Below are positions 15,471 to 26,091 of a DNA stretch of 51,467 bases, in pieces; the first letter of the stretch is position 1, and every line of letters begins with the position of its first letter. The DNA lies in the IMG/VR virus record IMGVR_UViG_3300032216_001081, positions 1 through 51,467 of that record; one strand, given 5' to 3'. The position numbers and the translations under genes were made by a program. Source of the DNA: a virus (taxonomy: Duplodnaviria; Caudoviricetes). The notes beneath the pieces were generated by a model. It did no database searches, was not told where the DNA came from, and saw nothing but the letters and a program-made list of their open reading frames with translations.

Positions 15471-18400
15471 CGTAGAAAGTCTTCCACTTGTTATAAAGGC
15501 CGCGCTTGTATGCAATACCTTCGTTGTATAAGGCGCGGCCTTCTTCTCCAACTTCATGCAGCCACTTCCTCTCGTTCTTCTTACTTCCAGTAAACGTTCT
15601 GTTTTCCCACTCCCTCATCGCAGAGTAGATTTTAAATTTAGATTTTGTCTCGCGCAGCTTTTTGTAAATTTGATTGGCTCCAGAAATGTCGTTGTTCTCA
15701 ATCGCCTTTCGAAGCGTGTGATATCCAACTTCATCCGTAGGACTCAAAACAAATGACGCATTGCTAAGCCCATTTGCCTTCAAAAATTCCGCAGCCGACG
15801 CTTGCGTTCTTGCCATTGCGCTTCTCTGAGCTTCCGCTTTTAATCCAAAAAGAGACCAAAATGCTTTTTTGTTTTGCGGCGATAATTCTTTTCCTTGCAC
15901 AATATCTGACGCCAAACCAACTGGGCCTTTAAGTGTAATTGGCACAGGTATAAAAGTTTTTCCAACTTCAGCGGCAATTCCAGGAGTTGTGGTTATGTAT
16001 TCGCCAGTTCCTTTTTTGCTTGTTGCCATAATCACAGCAGCGCGTCCATAAAAACCCAATTTGTTTTCACCAATCTGCTGAATGGCGTCAAAAAATTTAG
16101 GCTTTGTTTCGTTGTACCTGATGATGTCGTGCAATATTTCGTTGTAAACAGACAGCGGAGATACAAAAACACCGCCTCCAAAATCAGCGTCCCACTTGTG
16201 TTCTTTATCAGTGTTTTCCCAGGTCGGTTTTCTGTTTATAATTAGGTTGGCAACTTGAGTTGCAGCAGCCATAAACAAAAGGCCTCTCGCCACGCCTCTT
16301 CCAATGCTTTCTTGACCTTTGAGCATCTTCAAAGCTTCTCCGTTTTTCACTCCAGTTGCCAGCTTGTACGGGATTGCAAAATCCTTTTTCACAATGCCTT
16401 CAAACCATTGAGGAGCAAGCAAGCACATGCGCGACACATCCTGCCACGTCCTGCTTGTAATCCATCCTTGGCTTCCAATGCTTCCAAAGAAGTTGTTCAT
16501 GTCTTTCGACACAGAGCGAATCAGCTTTTCAGAATCGCCATCTGGATTAAGTTTGGAAATGCGTTCAAATTCGGCTACGGCGCTTTTTGTCATTAGCCCT
16601 CTTGTCCACTTATCAAACAAGAACCTGCTCCATTTGACATTCAGGCCACCAATAATTGGCATGTGCTTTGCCAAATCCCTGTAAATTGCGTCTTGGATTT
16701 GACCAACATTCAAGCCAGCTTTCTGCATTCTCTTCACAAGTTCAATCCTGCTTATGGCTTCTTGTTTTCCATTGTTGTTAAACGCAACCTTCTCCCTTGC
16801 CCAATCAGCTTGCGCTTTGGTGATTTCTCCAAGCTCAACGGCCCTATCAAGCTGGCTTTCTCTGTATTCAAGAGCAGTCCATCCATGCTTGAATTGGCCT
16901 CTGACATTTTTGATTCCGCCAACGGCAGCGGCATAAAACGATATGCGGCCAAAGTGGAAGAAGTCGCCCATCAAAACAGTATGTTTTAAGAATTGCGATG
17001 CAAGCAAAGCATTCCTGCCAATGTTTGAATTCAGCACTGCGCTAGGGTCAGTCAATGAACGATACAATTTATCATACCCAACCAACACGCCCATTTTTGT
17101 GCCGTCAGCTTTTGTCACAACCTCGTACTGAGCCCCCTGAAGGCCCCTCGGCGGGTCGGGGATGTCTTTGTTGCCAACCTTCTTGGTTGGAACAGCAACT
17201 GGCGCATTGCTGTATTCGTCAGTCATTGCCTTCCAGCCATCTTCCCAAGTGCTCATGTTCACTTTGGTCCTGCCTTGGCGAACTCTGTGCTCAACCATTG
17301 AGGCTGGGTCTCTGGTGACAGCTATGTACGGTCCGGCAGCAATTGCTTCGTAATAGTTTTCAAACGTTTTTGCACCTTGCGAAAGACCAAGCACGCGCTT
17401 TTCGCCAAATGAAACGCCGTCGTTGTTAAAGAATTCGGCGTCATACCGACCTGGCATAAAGCTGTCATCAAACCTGTAATCGTAACCAAGTTCTTTTTCT
17501 GTGGCAAAAGCGGTATCAAGTTCTTTAGAAACTTCAATCGCCACATCGTGAAGAGTTTTGTTGCCTGAGTTAGCCTTGGCGTAATCAAGCTCATCCATCA
17601 ATTTGTTTGCAGCTTCAAGCCTTGCCTTGGCAAGCCTGCGAGCTTTTCTATTAGCAAAAGTCTTTTTTTGATTGAGCTGAGCATTTGATTCATCTTGAGC
17701 CGCTTTTACTTTCTTTTTAAACAAATCAATCTTGTACAGCTCGCCTGGGTCAATTTCATACTTAGCATCTCTGAGGCTAAGGTCGCCGCTATCAATCAGC
17801 ACTCTTTCATAGCGCCTGCGAATCATTGAAGTAAGCCTAGAGCCAGCAGTCACAAGCTGGGATTGGCTTATTGATGAGTCAGCAAGCCCTTGTTCAAGGC
17901 TTGCAATCGTTTTAAGTTCTTCGCTGTACAGCTTAGACTTATCCTTGTCTGCAATAATCGACTTCCTTAATTCTTTAAGTTTAGCAACTGATACCTTGGC
18001 GTTTTCAATGTTTCCATTGGTTAAAGACTTTGCAAGGGTTACCCACTCGTCTTTATTTGCCATTGCAGAAATCTTGTCTTTTGCTTCTTGGCTGTAATTT
18101 AAAACTCTCTTAACCGCCTTGGCTGCAATCAAAGCATTGGAAGCCGCTTTGATGTTCATGTCGGTGGTGATGTGATTGATTTGCCTCCCAGCTGCAAGAG
18201 CGTCATTGGCCGCAACAGTTACAGCTCCATCTTTATCGGCTGCAAGCTGCTGCATTGTCTTTTTGCGAGACATAAAAGCAGATACAGAATCATTAAGTTT
18301 AAACGCAGAATCAACAGCGTCATCAATTCTAAATTCAGAAAATTGATATTGCTCTTGTTGTTTTTGTACTTTTTCAGGAAGCGATGCCCAAGCTTCTTTG

Positions 18401-21400
18401 TAAAGATTTATATCATTCATTAAGAATGAAGGATACTCAAAATGCTGACCACTTGGGGCAATCAAAGAATAAATTCTTTTTCCTTTTGACCATCCCGATG
18501 TTTTTAATTTTTGAACAGTTGCAGCAAGTCCAAAATCATTTATGTGTTGTTTTAAATCATCAATTGTTTTTAGGCTATCAAAAGCTTTAAAAGGCTCAAC
18601 AATTGCATTTTCAAATTCAGAAAGCTTTTGAGCTATTCCAGATTCATATTCCTCAAACGCTTCTTTATTTTTTCCTGTGCTCTGAGACTCAACCCAATCC
18701 CAATAACCAAGCTTTTTACCAGCAGGCTTTTTGCCAGCAAGTTTCTTTTCATAAATTCCAGCAAATTTAGATTTTTCTGGAGCTTTTGAAACGTCCGTTG
18801 TAGACCAAGAGTAATCCCCTGCTTCGTATGTTGGCTCTTTGGCGCTAATTTCTTTTAAAGCTATTGAATTGTTTAGGTATTCAAGATCCGAAGGAGTCAT
18901 CTGGTATCCAGATTCCAGATTATGAGCACGAATCATTTCTACTTCTTGAGCAGAAAGAATTGGCATTGCTGTTTTTGCCTGAGTGATTTCAGGTGCAGAC
19001 GCTCCTTCTTTGTATTTAGGCGTCCATTTCAGCTTGCTCGCAGGCAAGTCAATGCCGCGCTTTGCCTGTTCGTATGGGCTCATCTGCTTTGACGGCGGCT
19101 CAAACGAAAGCTCTCTGCCAGTAGGAGACGGAGGTTCAGCGCGCTTAGGAATTTTGTTCTTGTTAACAATTCCCATAAACAAGTCTGTAAACCTTTCTTT
19201 TTCTGGAAACGCTTTAAGCCCTCTAGACAAACGCCTGGATGCTTCTCTAATTAAAAATAAACCCTCAAGCTTTGGATTAATCAAAGCTGCATCTTCTTTG
19301 TCCTGCTTTGCTGTTGCAGGCTCTTTTCCTGCTGGGTCAAGAAGCTCCCTCTTAAGCTCCATTGATTTGTTCCAGTGGTCAACATACACGCGCGTAAAGA
19401 ATTTGCCTATGCCGTTAATAACGTTGACGCTTGTGGGCTGGTCTAAAAGTTTCTTTGCAATGATTTCTTCGTTTATTTCCTGGCCCTGAAGCTTGCGCAT
19501 CATGTAATCAAATATTGAGCCAGCCTCAACAGAGTTCATGGGCGACTTAACATTTCTTGATGTCCCAGCGTTTCCAGTAAGGATGTCTCCAAGCTGCGAA
19601 TACTCTCCAGTGTACGAACGGCTGCGAGCGGCTTGCGTATGAAAACCTTCGTATTCTTCGTACACTTCTGGGCTGTCTTCCATTTTCTGTTGTTCTGCTT
19701 TCAGCCTAATTATTTCAGCTTTCTTTTCATCACTTCCGGCTTCTTCGTATTCAGATTCAAGCTGTTTAATCCTGCGCTTTCTTTCCGTAATAGAAACTTT
19801 TCTTGCGCTTTCAATTTTTTTCTCAGCATCTGGGTCGTTAATATCAACAGCAAAACCAGTGTCTCTATCAACTTTTTTCCCGCCAATGCGCATTGAATTT
19901 GGAAGAGACTCGGCAATCTCTCTTTCAGACATTGGGTCTTTAATGTAATTTTCTTTTGCTTGCTCGTTAACTTCAATAGCTTCATCAAGAAACTCTCTTC
20001 TAAAAGTTTTGTAATCGTCGTAAACAATTCTTGCTCCCATTGCTGGCTCATCAAGAAGCAGAGAATGGGCTATCTTGTATTTGCCCAAAAGCGACTCCAT
20101 CCTAGCGTGTTCTCTTTCTGGATGCTGCGGGTCTATAATATAAACCTCTCCAACTCCTTTTTTGTAAAGAGAAACAACATACGTCCTGTTGTTGGATTTA
20201 TTTACTAAAACAGCAAGACGCTGCGACGATGTTTTTGGGTCAAGCTTGCTTCTGGAAGAACCAGACGTAAGACCTCTTTCAAGTGCAAACAAGTTTTTTT
20301 GGTCTGAATCCTGAAACGTAACAATGGTGTCAACGCCGTCTTTTGTGCCGCCATATTTTAGAGAACCAGCATTTAATATTTCGTCTGGAACACGATTTTC
20401 CCCAGATTTTCCTTCGACATTAAATCTTTCATATTTGGTTTCATTAAGCATTGGCTTAACGATTGCCAAATAAAGTCTACTTAAACGCTTATTTCTAAAA
20501 TCCTTAAGACCTCTAATAAATTGAATGTCCTGATACAGCACAGTTGCTGCTGGAGCTTCTCTCATTATTGAAGACTTTGTCTTTTTAGTTTTCGGCTCTG
20601 CCATTGAAATTGGTTCTCCGGCTTCAATCTTTCTAGCAAGTTCAATTCGACGTTGAACAATCCTTTCTTTTTCTCTTTTTTTTGCGGCTTCGTCAGCTCC
20701 AGCTTTTGCCTCTGTTCTAATGGCAATTAACTTTTCAAGGTCGCCTTTCGGAATTCCAGATAATGCGGCTTTAAGCTCTTTTGAAGTTACAATTTTCTTT
20801 AATTTTTCTTTTTCTCTTTGGGCTTCTTCTTCCGCTTCTTTTATAGCTTCAACAATTGCATTTTCAGGAAGTGCATCTGGCGTGTTTTTAGAAAGAGGCT
20901 TTGTTCCAGACTTTGAAAGTGCGTTAAGGATGTCATGCGTCTCAGTAATGCCGCGCTCATTCATTCTTAAAATAAGTGCGTCTGCTTCTTTTGGAGTTAA
21001 ATTCTCAAGTTTTTCTTTAATGTTTGCGTTAATCAACGCATCAATGTCTTCGCCTTTAAGATTGGCAATCCGCTTGTAAATAGCATCGCCAATAAGCATT
21101 TTAACTTGACCAGGATTTACATGATGTTCTTTCTTCATTCGCGTTTCAAATGCGCGAACAATAGAATCTAGATTTGATTTGCCACCAGATTTTGACCTAA
21201 TGATTCGTTTATCAATAATGTCGTTAATTACGTTTTCTGTGTACCTTTGAACCCTGAAAGGACTTAAGGTAGGAATGTTTTCAACAACACCAGTCTTTGA
21301 TGCATCTGTAAAATCCCCAGTTTCAACAGCGCTAAGCCTTGTTTTTACTTCATCTAATCGAGCCGCAACACCACTAGTAATTGGGTTTCCAGCGCCGACA

Positions 21401-24400
21401 GAATTTGCAAACAACAGCTCTTGAGGAGACATCGTTTTCTTTTCCCTTGGACCAGCGGGAGCTCCACGCCGCTCTTCGGTTGCCTTTCTTTCGTCTCCAA
21501 GCGGAAGCTCTCCAAACACTTCTGAAAACTGCATCATGCCTTGACCAAGCTGTTGCTCAATCTCGTTCATGCGCTTTTTGTCCTGAGCCGTTTTCTTAGA
21601 CTTTGAATCAAGCCTGTCAAACTCTCTAGTCAACGAAACGATTTTGTCAGCTTCTGCTTTTCTTTCAGGCGTAATGGGTGCTGGAGGTTTGGGGTCAAAT
21701 TCAGAATCAAATCCAAATTTGTCTTGGCTGCGATACTCGGACAGTTGACCAGCCGCTTTAAATGAAGACAGCCCCCTAAGCCACTCGGACCTGCTCATTA
21801 ATTCGTCGGCAGTAATCTTGTCACCGCCTTGCAGAAACTCTTTTGCTGCCGATTCGTTGTCTCTTGCAATTTGTTCGTTAGCGTCTTGGTCAATAAACGC
21901 TTCAGATGCAGGTGCAGCGGTAGTTTTTGCTTGAGCTGATTTCTCCGCAAGGTTAAGCCTTGAGCGAGCTTCAGTAATCATTGCAAGCGAGCGGCCTTTT
22001 GCATTCCTGTTAATCAGGTTTTCGCGAATCAATCGCACGCCTTTTTGTAGCGTGTAAATGGTATCCAGCTTTAAACGTAGCGTTCCAGCGACTTGAGAAA
22101 TGTCGTCAGGCTTCATTCCAAGCACATCTTGCATACGCATCCGAAGAGCTTCGCCTCCCATGTAGGCATCAGACCGCATCTGTCCGCTTGGAGAAATCCA
22201 CTTGTGAGCCATCTTTTCAAACCAAGAAAGGCTCTGAAAATACTCTGCATTAAATTCAACTGGCGTTGCCAAATGAATCTCTTCGTGCGCAATCAGAGCC
22301 TTGATGTTCTCCCTGATGTAATTGTCATTAAGACCAATCCTGCGCATCTGGGAGATTCTGCGAGACAAACCCCTAGGCAAAATCAAAACTTTGTTTAAGC
22401 CCCTGACAGCAACGGCAACAACAGTTCCTTTGCGCAAGGCTTCAGCAAGCTTTTCCCTGTCGTTTTCGTCGTCGCTTCTTACTTCTGAAAACGGATTGTT
22501 CTCATCGTTATCAATCTTTGCAGCGATGGTCTCTTTAACTTTAGCAGCCCTTGCATTTGCCTGCTCAACCTGCATCAGCTCTTTATGTTTGCCTCGTGCA
22601 ATTTCAAGAACTGGGCGGCGCTGGTCTTCAGACAATAAACGCATGTCTTCGCTGTCGGCATGACCAAGAAGCTCTTCTGCGCTTTTTGAGCCAATAATTT
22701 TTTCTGTAAGCGATGCAACCTTTGATTCAACTTCTTTCTGAATCTCTTCTTGAGACTTGGGCGGCGCTGCGGGTTTTTCAACAGGCTTTGCTGCTGGCGC
22801 AGGCTCAGCAGGTTTTGGAGCAGCCGCTGTTTTTTGCTCAGCCGCTCTTGCTGCTGCCTGCTCTTTTGCAATCTTCTGAAGCTCGTTAATGTTCCTCTTA
22901 GCTTCAATGCCTTTCTTAAGCGCTTGCTCGCTCTTGAACTTTTCAATGTGTTCTGCGCTAAGTCCAACAGATTTTGCTTCGTCTACCAACTCGCTTTTAA
23001 ATTTGCTTTTTGCAGGGGATGGAGCGGCCTCGGAAGTCGCAGCTTTGACTTCTAAATTTGGCGTTTCAAATTTAGAACGCGGAAGCACAAATGGTTTTCC
23101 ACCATGCGCGTCTGCAACTGCATTGGCAAGCAAATCTGTATGGGATGTATGCTCTCCAGTTTTTGGATTTGTAGCGTCAAGACCAGTTTGAAGTTCCGCA
23201 TCACCCCATACCTTTGAAGCTGCTTTGCGAGCAATTTCAACATCAATATCACTTTTAGCGTGAGCTACAATGTTGTCAAAATTTACCAAAAACTTTTCGG
23301 CGTTAAACGCCATTTTTCCGTAAGTTTTAAATGACCCATTATATTTATTAGCTTCCAATTCAGCTTTAAATTGAGCAATTTTTTCAGGTGTCCAATCTTT
23401 AAACGGCTCTTTAAGCGTTATGTAAAGCTTTGAACGGCTTCCGTCGGCATTTTTCCCTTTTTCTCCAATTTGAGTTTGAATCCACCCGCCTTCCGCATCG
23501 CTTAACCCCATTGCTTTTGCGATTTCAATTACCTTTTTATAAAAATAATTTTGTTGCTCTGATGTAATTTTTGGATTTGGCTTTCCTCTTAATTCTTTGC
23601 GTCTTGTAAGTTCTGTATATGCTGGCCTTACACCTCTATGTACACCCATCCTTTTTACGTCTTCAGCTAACCATGCTGCATACTCTTCTCTAGACATCTC
23701 CTCAATAGGTTTTGTTGCAGCAGCAGGAACTTCTGCCTTTGCAGGCGCAGGTTCAGCACCAGGAACAACGGCTTCTGTTTTGGGAGCTTCTGCAACAACT
23801 TCTTCTGGAGCTGGCTCTTCAAGTATAAGTGAATCCACTTGGTCTTTTGCAGACTGATGAACGTCTCTTTGGGTCTTTGTTCCTGCAAGTGCGCTTTCTT
23901 GTTCAGGATTAAGCAATGTGATGTTTTGTTTGTCGCCAACAACGTTCTTTAAAATATCGTGGTCTTCGGGAGAAAGTCCAGTTTCAGAAACTGATTTAAT
24001 GTGAGCAAGTTCTTCAGGTGTTGCCTCTCTTGCAATTTGCTGAGCTTTAATCTTTGCAGCAGCCAATGCGGCAGGTCCATGCTTTTGAGTAAAGCGAACA
24101 TCTCCAAGAATAGAAGCCATCGCAACACTTGTTGCAATACCTTCAAGCGTTGGTTTTTGTCCGCTAATAAGCGGGTGAACTACCGAAATGCCAGCAGCAA
24201 GGCCAAGATTGGCAGCTGTTGATTTTGCGGCACGAGTTCCAAATCTTCCGCCAATAATGTCGGCAGCGCCGTTTAAAGACTGTTTAGGGTTAAACCTGAA
24301 AGCAGCAAGGCCAGAAGCAACCGACCCAACGTCGTAGGCAACGGCATTATCTTCGTGCGCGGTTTGAATTTTGTCTTTCCAAGATTCCGGCAGTATTTTG

Positions 24401-24771
24401 TCCTGAAGCCAATTTACCGCTTCACCGCCTGCAATAGCACCAACAACACCCGCCCCAAGTTCAATTGCTGCTGCAACAAAAGGAACCTCAGCGGTAGCCA
24501 AAGCAGCTGGTGCTGCAAGCTCCGCTCCAGCAAGTGCCCCAGCAGCTCTTGACGCAAGAAACTTTCCAACAGGTTTTAGAATCTGAATGCCAACAGCAGC
24601 ACCAAACGCTGGAGCAACGCCAGCTCCAGCACCTATTGCGGCAGATTCCGCCATATTCATCGGCGGATTTGCTGCAAAAAGTTCTTCTATGTCTTTTTGG
24701 GAAGGTGGAGCATCGCCCTCTACGCTAAGTTTTCTTCCTGTTTTGGAATCCTCTAAGTCGTAAATAGGCAT
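15454..24771 (-). CDS. Giant internal virion / DNA-ejection polyvalent protein (3105 aa)
   Basis: Last gene of the structural operon; Ala/Gly-rich hydrophobic N-terminus; HEEIH zincin motif; helical C-terminal region. Confidence 0.75.
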   Translation of the reverse strand: MPIYDLEDSKTGRKLSVEGDAPPSQKDIEELFAANPPMNMAESAAIGAGAGVAPAFGAAVGIQILKPVGKFLASRAAGALAGAELAAPAALATAEVPFVAAAIELGAGVVGAIAGGEAVNWLQDKILPESWKDKIQTAHEDNAVAYDVGSVASGLAAFRFNPKQSLNGAADIIGGRFGTRAAKSTAANLGLAAGISVVHPLISGQKPTLEGIATSVAMASILGDVRFTQKHGPAALAAAKIKAQQIAREATPEELAHIKSVSETGLSPEDHDILKNVVGDKQNITLLNPEQESALAGTKTQRDVHQSAKDQVDSLILEEPAPEEVVAEAPKTEAVVPGAEPAPAKAEVPAAATKPIEEMSREEYAAWLAEDVKRMGVHRGVRPAYTELTRRKELRGKPNPKITSEQQNYFYKKVIEIAKAMGLSDAEGGWIQTQIGEKGKNADGSRSKLYITLKEPFKDWTPEKIAQFKAELEANKYNGSFKTYGKMAFNAEKFLVNFDNIVAHAKSDIDVEIARKAASKVWGDAELQTGLDATNPKTGEHTSHTDLLANAVADAHGGKPFVLPRSKFETPNLEVKAATSEAAPSPAKSKFKSELVDEAKSVGLSAEHIEKFKSEQALKKGIEAKRNINELQKIAKEQAAARAAEQKTAAAPKPAEPAPAAKPVEKPAAPPKSQEEIQKEVESKVASLTEKIIGSKSAEELLGHADSEDMRLLSEDQRRPVLEIARGKHKELMQVEQANARAAKVKETIAAKIDNDENNPFSEVRSDDENDREKLAEALRKGTVVAVAVRGLNKVLILPRGLSRRISQMRRIGLNDNYIRENIKALIAHEEIHLATPVEFNAEYFQSLSWFEKMAHKWISPSGQMRSDAYMGGEALRMRMQDVLGMKPDDISQVAGTLRLKLDTIYTLQKGVRLIRENLINRNAKGRSLAMITEARSRLNLAEKSAQAKTTAAPASEAFIDQDANEQIARDNESAAKEFLQGGDKITADELMSRSEWLRGLSSFKAAGQLSEYRSQDKFGFDSEFDPKPPAPITPERKAEADKIVSLTREFDRLDSKSKKTAQDKKRMNEIEQQLGQGMMQFSEVFGELPLGDERKATEERRGAPAGPREKKTMSPQELLFANSVGAGNPITSGVAARLDEVKTRLSAVETGDFTDASKTGVVENIPTLSPFRVQRYTENVINDIIDKRIIRSKSGGKSNLDSIVRAFETRMKKEHHVNPGQVKMLIGDAIYKRIANLKGEDIDALINANIKEKLENLTPKEADALILRMNERGITETHDILNALSKSGTKPLSKNTPDALPENAIVEAIKEAEEEAQREKEKLKKIVTSKELKAALSGIPKGDLEKLIAIRTEAKAGADEAAKKREKERIVQRRIELARKIEAGEPISMAEPKTKKTKSSIMREAPAATVLYQDIQFIRGLKDFRNKRLSRLYLAIVKPMLNETKYERFNVEGKSGENRVPDEILNAGSLKYGGTKDGVDTIVTFQDSDQKNLFALERGLTSGSSRSKLDPKTSSQRLAVLVNKSNNRTYVVSLYKKGVGEVYIIDPQHPEREHARMESLLGKYKIAHSLLLDEPAMGARIVYDDYKTFRREFLDEAIEVNEQAKENYIKDPMSEREIAESLPNSMRIGGKKVDRDTGFAVDINDPDAEKKIESARKVSITERKRRIKQLESEYEEAGSDEKKAEIIRLKAEQQKMEDSPEVYEEYEGFHTQAARSRSYTGEYSQLGDILTGNAGTSRNVKSPMNSVEAGSIFDYMMRKLQGQEINEEIIAKKLLDQPTSVNVINGIGKFFTRVYVDHWNKSMELKRELLDPAGKEPATAKQDKEDAALINPKLEGLFLIREASRRLSRGLKAFPEKERFTDLFMGIVNKNKIPKRAEPPSPTGRELSFEPPSKQMSPYEQAKRGIDLPASKLKWTPKYKEGASAPEITQAKTAMPILSAQEVEMIRAHNLESGYQMTPSDLEYLNNSIALKEISAKEPTYEAGDYSWSTTDVSKAPEKSKFAGIYEKKLAGKKPAGKKLGYWDWVESQSTGKNKEAFEEYESGIAQKLSEFENAIVEPFKAFDSLKTIDDLKQHINDFGLAATVQKLKTSGWSKGKRIYSLIAPSGQHFEYPSFLMNDINLYKEAWASLPEKVQKQQEQYQFSEFRIDDAVDSAFKLNDSVSAFMSRKKTMQQLAADKDGAVTVAANDALAAGRQINHITTDMNIKAASNALIAAKAVKRVLNYSQEAKDKISAMANKDEWVTLAKSLTNGNIENAKVSVAKLKELRKSIIADKDKSKLYSEELKTIASLEQGLADSSISQSQLVTAGSRLTSMIRRRYERVLIDSGDLSLRDAKYEIDPGELYKIDLFKKKVKAAQDESNAQLNQKKTFANRKARRLAKARLEAANKLMDELDYAKANSGNKTLHDVAIEVSKELDTAFATEKELGYDYRFDDSFMPGRYDAEFFNNDGVSFGEKRVLGLSQGAKTFENYYEAIAAGPYIAVTRDPASMVEHRVRQGRTKVNMSTWEDGWKAMTDEYSNAPVAVPTKKVGNKDIPDPPRGLQGAQYEVVTKADGTKMGVLVGYDKLYRSLTDPSAVLNSNIGRNALLASQFLKHTVLMGDFFHFGRISFYAAAVGGIKNVRGQFKHGWTALEYRESQLDRAVELGEITKAQADWAREKVAFNNNGKQEAISRIELVKRMQKAGLNVGQIQDAIYRDLAKHMPIIGGLNVKWSRFLFDKWTRGLMTKSAVAEFERISKLNPDGDSEKLIRSVSKDMNNFFGSIGSQGWITSRTWQDVSRMCLLAPQWFEGIVKKDFAIPYKLATGVKNGEALKMLKGQESIGRGVARGLLFMAAATQVANLIINRKPTWENTDKEHKWDADFGGGVFVSPLSVYNEILHDIIRYNETKPKFFDAIQQIGENKLGFYGRAAVIMATSKKGTGEYITTTPGIAAEVGKTFIPVPITLKGPVGLASDIVQGKELSPQNKKAFWSLFGLKAEAQRSAMARTQASAAEFLKANGLSNASFVLSPTDEVGYHTLRKAIENNDISGANQIYKKLRETKSKFKIYSAMREWENRTFTGSKKNERKWLHEVGEEGRALYNEGIAYKRGLYNKWKTFYANVED

Positions 24772-24774
24772 AAA

Positions 24775-26088
24775 TTAAAAGTACTGTACGCTGGAAGGCT
24801 TTGTGTCTTCAGGCCCATAATAAGGTTCTGCCGGTGCATCATCCCCAAACAACAGTGATGAAATTATATCCAAATCGGTTTGAGCATTTTCCCCAGGATT
24901 AAAGAACGGAACTCCAGCTTCAATTTTTTGCGGACCAAACACAACATCAATGTTCTTTTTAACATCTTCTTTAAGAGCCGCAATGTTTGCGGCAACATTA
25001 GATACTTGTCTTTTGCCAGATGCAACATCTTTAAGGTTCTGAATTGACTGTTTTAGATTTTCCCTTGCGTTTAATTTTGACTCTGAATAAACATTTCCAG
25101 CCGCACCAGCCGCTTTTTTAACCACACCAACCAGTCCTTTCCTTCTTAAGGTTTCAGAAAACTGACTTTCTGGAACATCTTCCTCCATTTGACTTGAAGG
25201 AATTTCAGCTGCTGGCGGCGCTTCTTCTGGGCTAGGAGCGCCAGTTAAATTGCTTTCAACGCTTGGAGCCGGTACGGGTTTTTCAGGAGCAGCAACAGGC
25301 CTGCCGTTTCTTGCTACAATTTTGTATCGCTCAGTTGCCCCTTGGGCAGCATCAGGCGACGGAGCGCTGGACGGAGAATAAAGCTGTTTAAATCTTTCGG
25401 TTGACCCTGGTTCAGCAGCTCCGCTTGCTTCGTCCTGCATGACTTTGAGCAATGCTTTTTCATATGCCGCGTTATTTATTGCAGAACTGCCGCCAGCACC
25501 AGCTCCTCGTCCTGCGTTAACCATCTTCATTGTGTTGCCCAGCCGCATTCCAATAAACTTCCCTTCAGGAGAATAAATAGGCTCTTCTTGACCAGCTGGC
25601 TGGGCCGTTTTCATCATTGAAGCTAATCCAGGAGAACTGAATCCAGTTGTAAAACTGGCTTTCATTGCGGCATCATTGTCAGAAATCTCTGGATTTGAAC
25701 TTTTAATCTGCTGGAACGCACGCGAGTAATCGTTTTGTTGCTGAGCTTTTAAAGCCGCTGACTTACCAGATGCCAACAATGCTTGTTTTCTCAATTCTGC
25801 CTGAGATGCGTAGCTGGCAAGAGCCAGTTCATTTCGGGCGTCGGCTTGCTTTTTTTCAATAGCCATCTTCATCAAGCTCATCTGATTGGCAGTTTGCTGC
25901 TGCCTTTGAGCCATAGCCAGCTTTTGAGCTTCTAGCTGTTGAGATTGCTGGGCAAGCTGATTGTCTTGCTGTTGCCGCAAAAATGACATTGCCTGAGCCT
26001 TCTCGGCCTGACCAAGACGAGCACCAGATTCTGCCGCCGCAACGAATTGCGAAGGCTGAATGTTTAGCCAAGGAGGTAGCGTTGCCAT
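24775..26088 (-). CDS. Putative internal virion/ejection protein
   Basis: Q/A-rich coiled coil; position between pilot-like and giant genes. Confidence 0.6.
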   Translation of the reverse strand: MATLPPWLNIQPSQFVAAAESGARLGQAEKAQAMSFLRQQQDNQLAQQSQQLEAQKLAMAQRQQQTANQMSLMKMAIEKKQADARNELALASYASQAELRKQALLASGKSAALKAQQQNDYSRAFQQIKSSNPEISDNDAAMKASFTTGFSSPGLASMMKTAQPAGQEEPIYSPEGKFIGMRLGNTMKMVNAGRGAGAGGSSAINNAAYEKALLKVMQDEASGAAEPGSTERFKQLYSPSSAPSPDAAQGATERYKIVARNGRPVAAPEKPVPAPSVESNLTGAPSPEEAPPAAEIPSSQMEEDVPESQFSETLRRKGLVGVVKKAAGAAGNVYSESKLNARENLKQSIQNLKDVASGKRQVSNVAANIAALKEDVKKNIDVVFGPQKIEAGVPFFNPGENAQTDLDIISSLLFGDDAPAEPYYGPEDTKPSSVQYF

Positions 26089-26091
26089 AAA

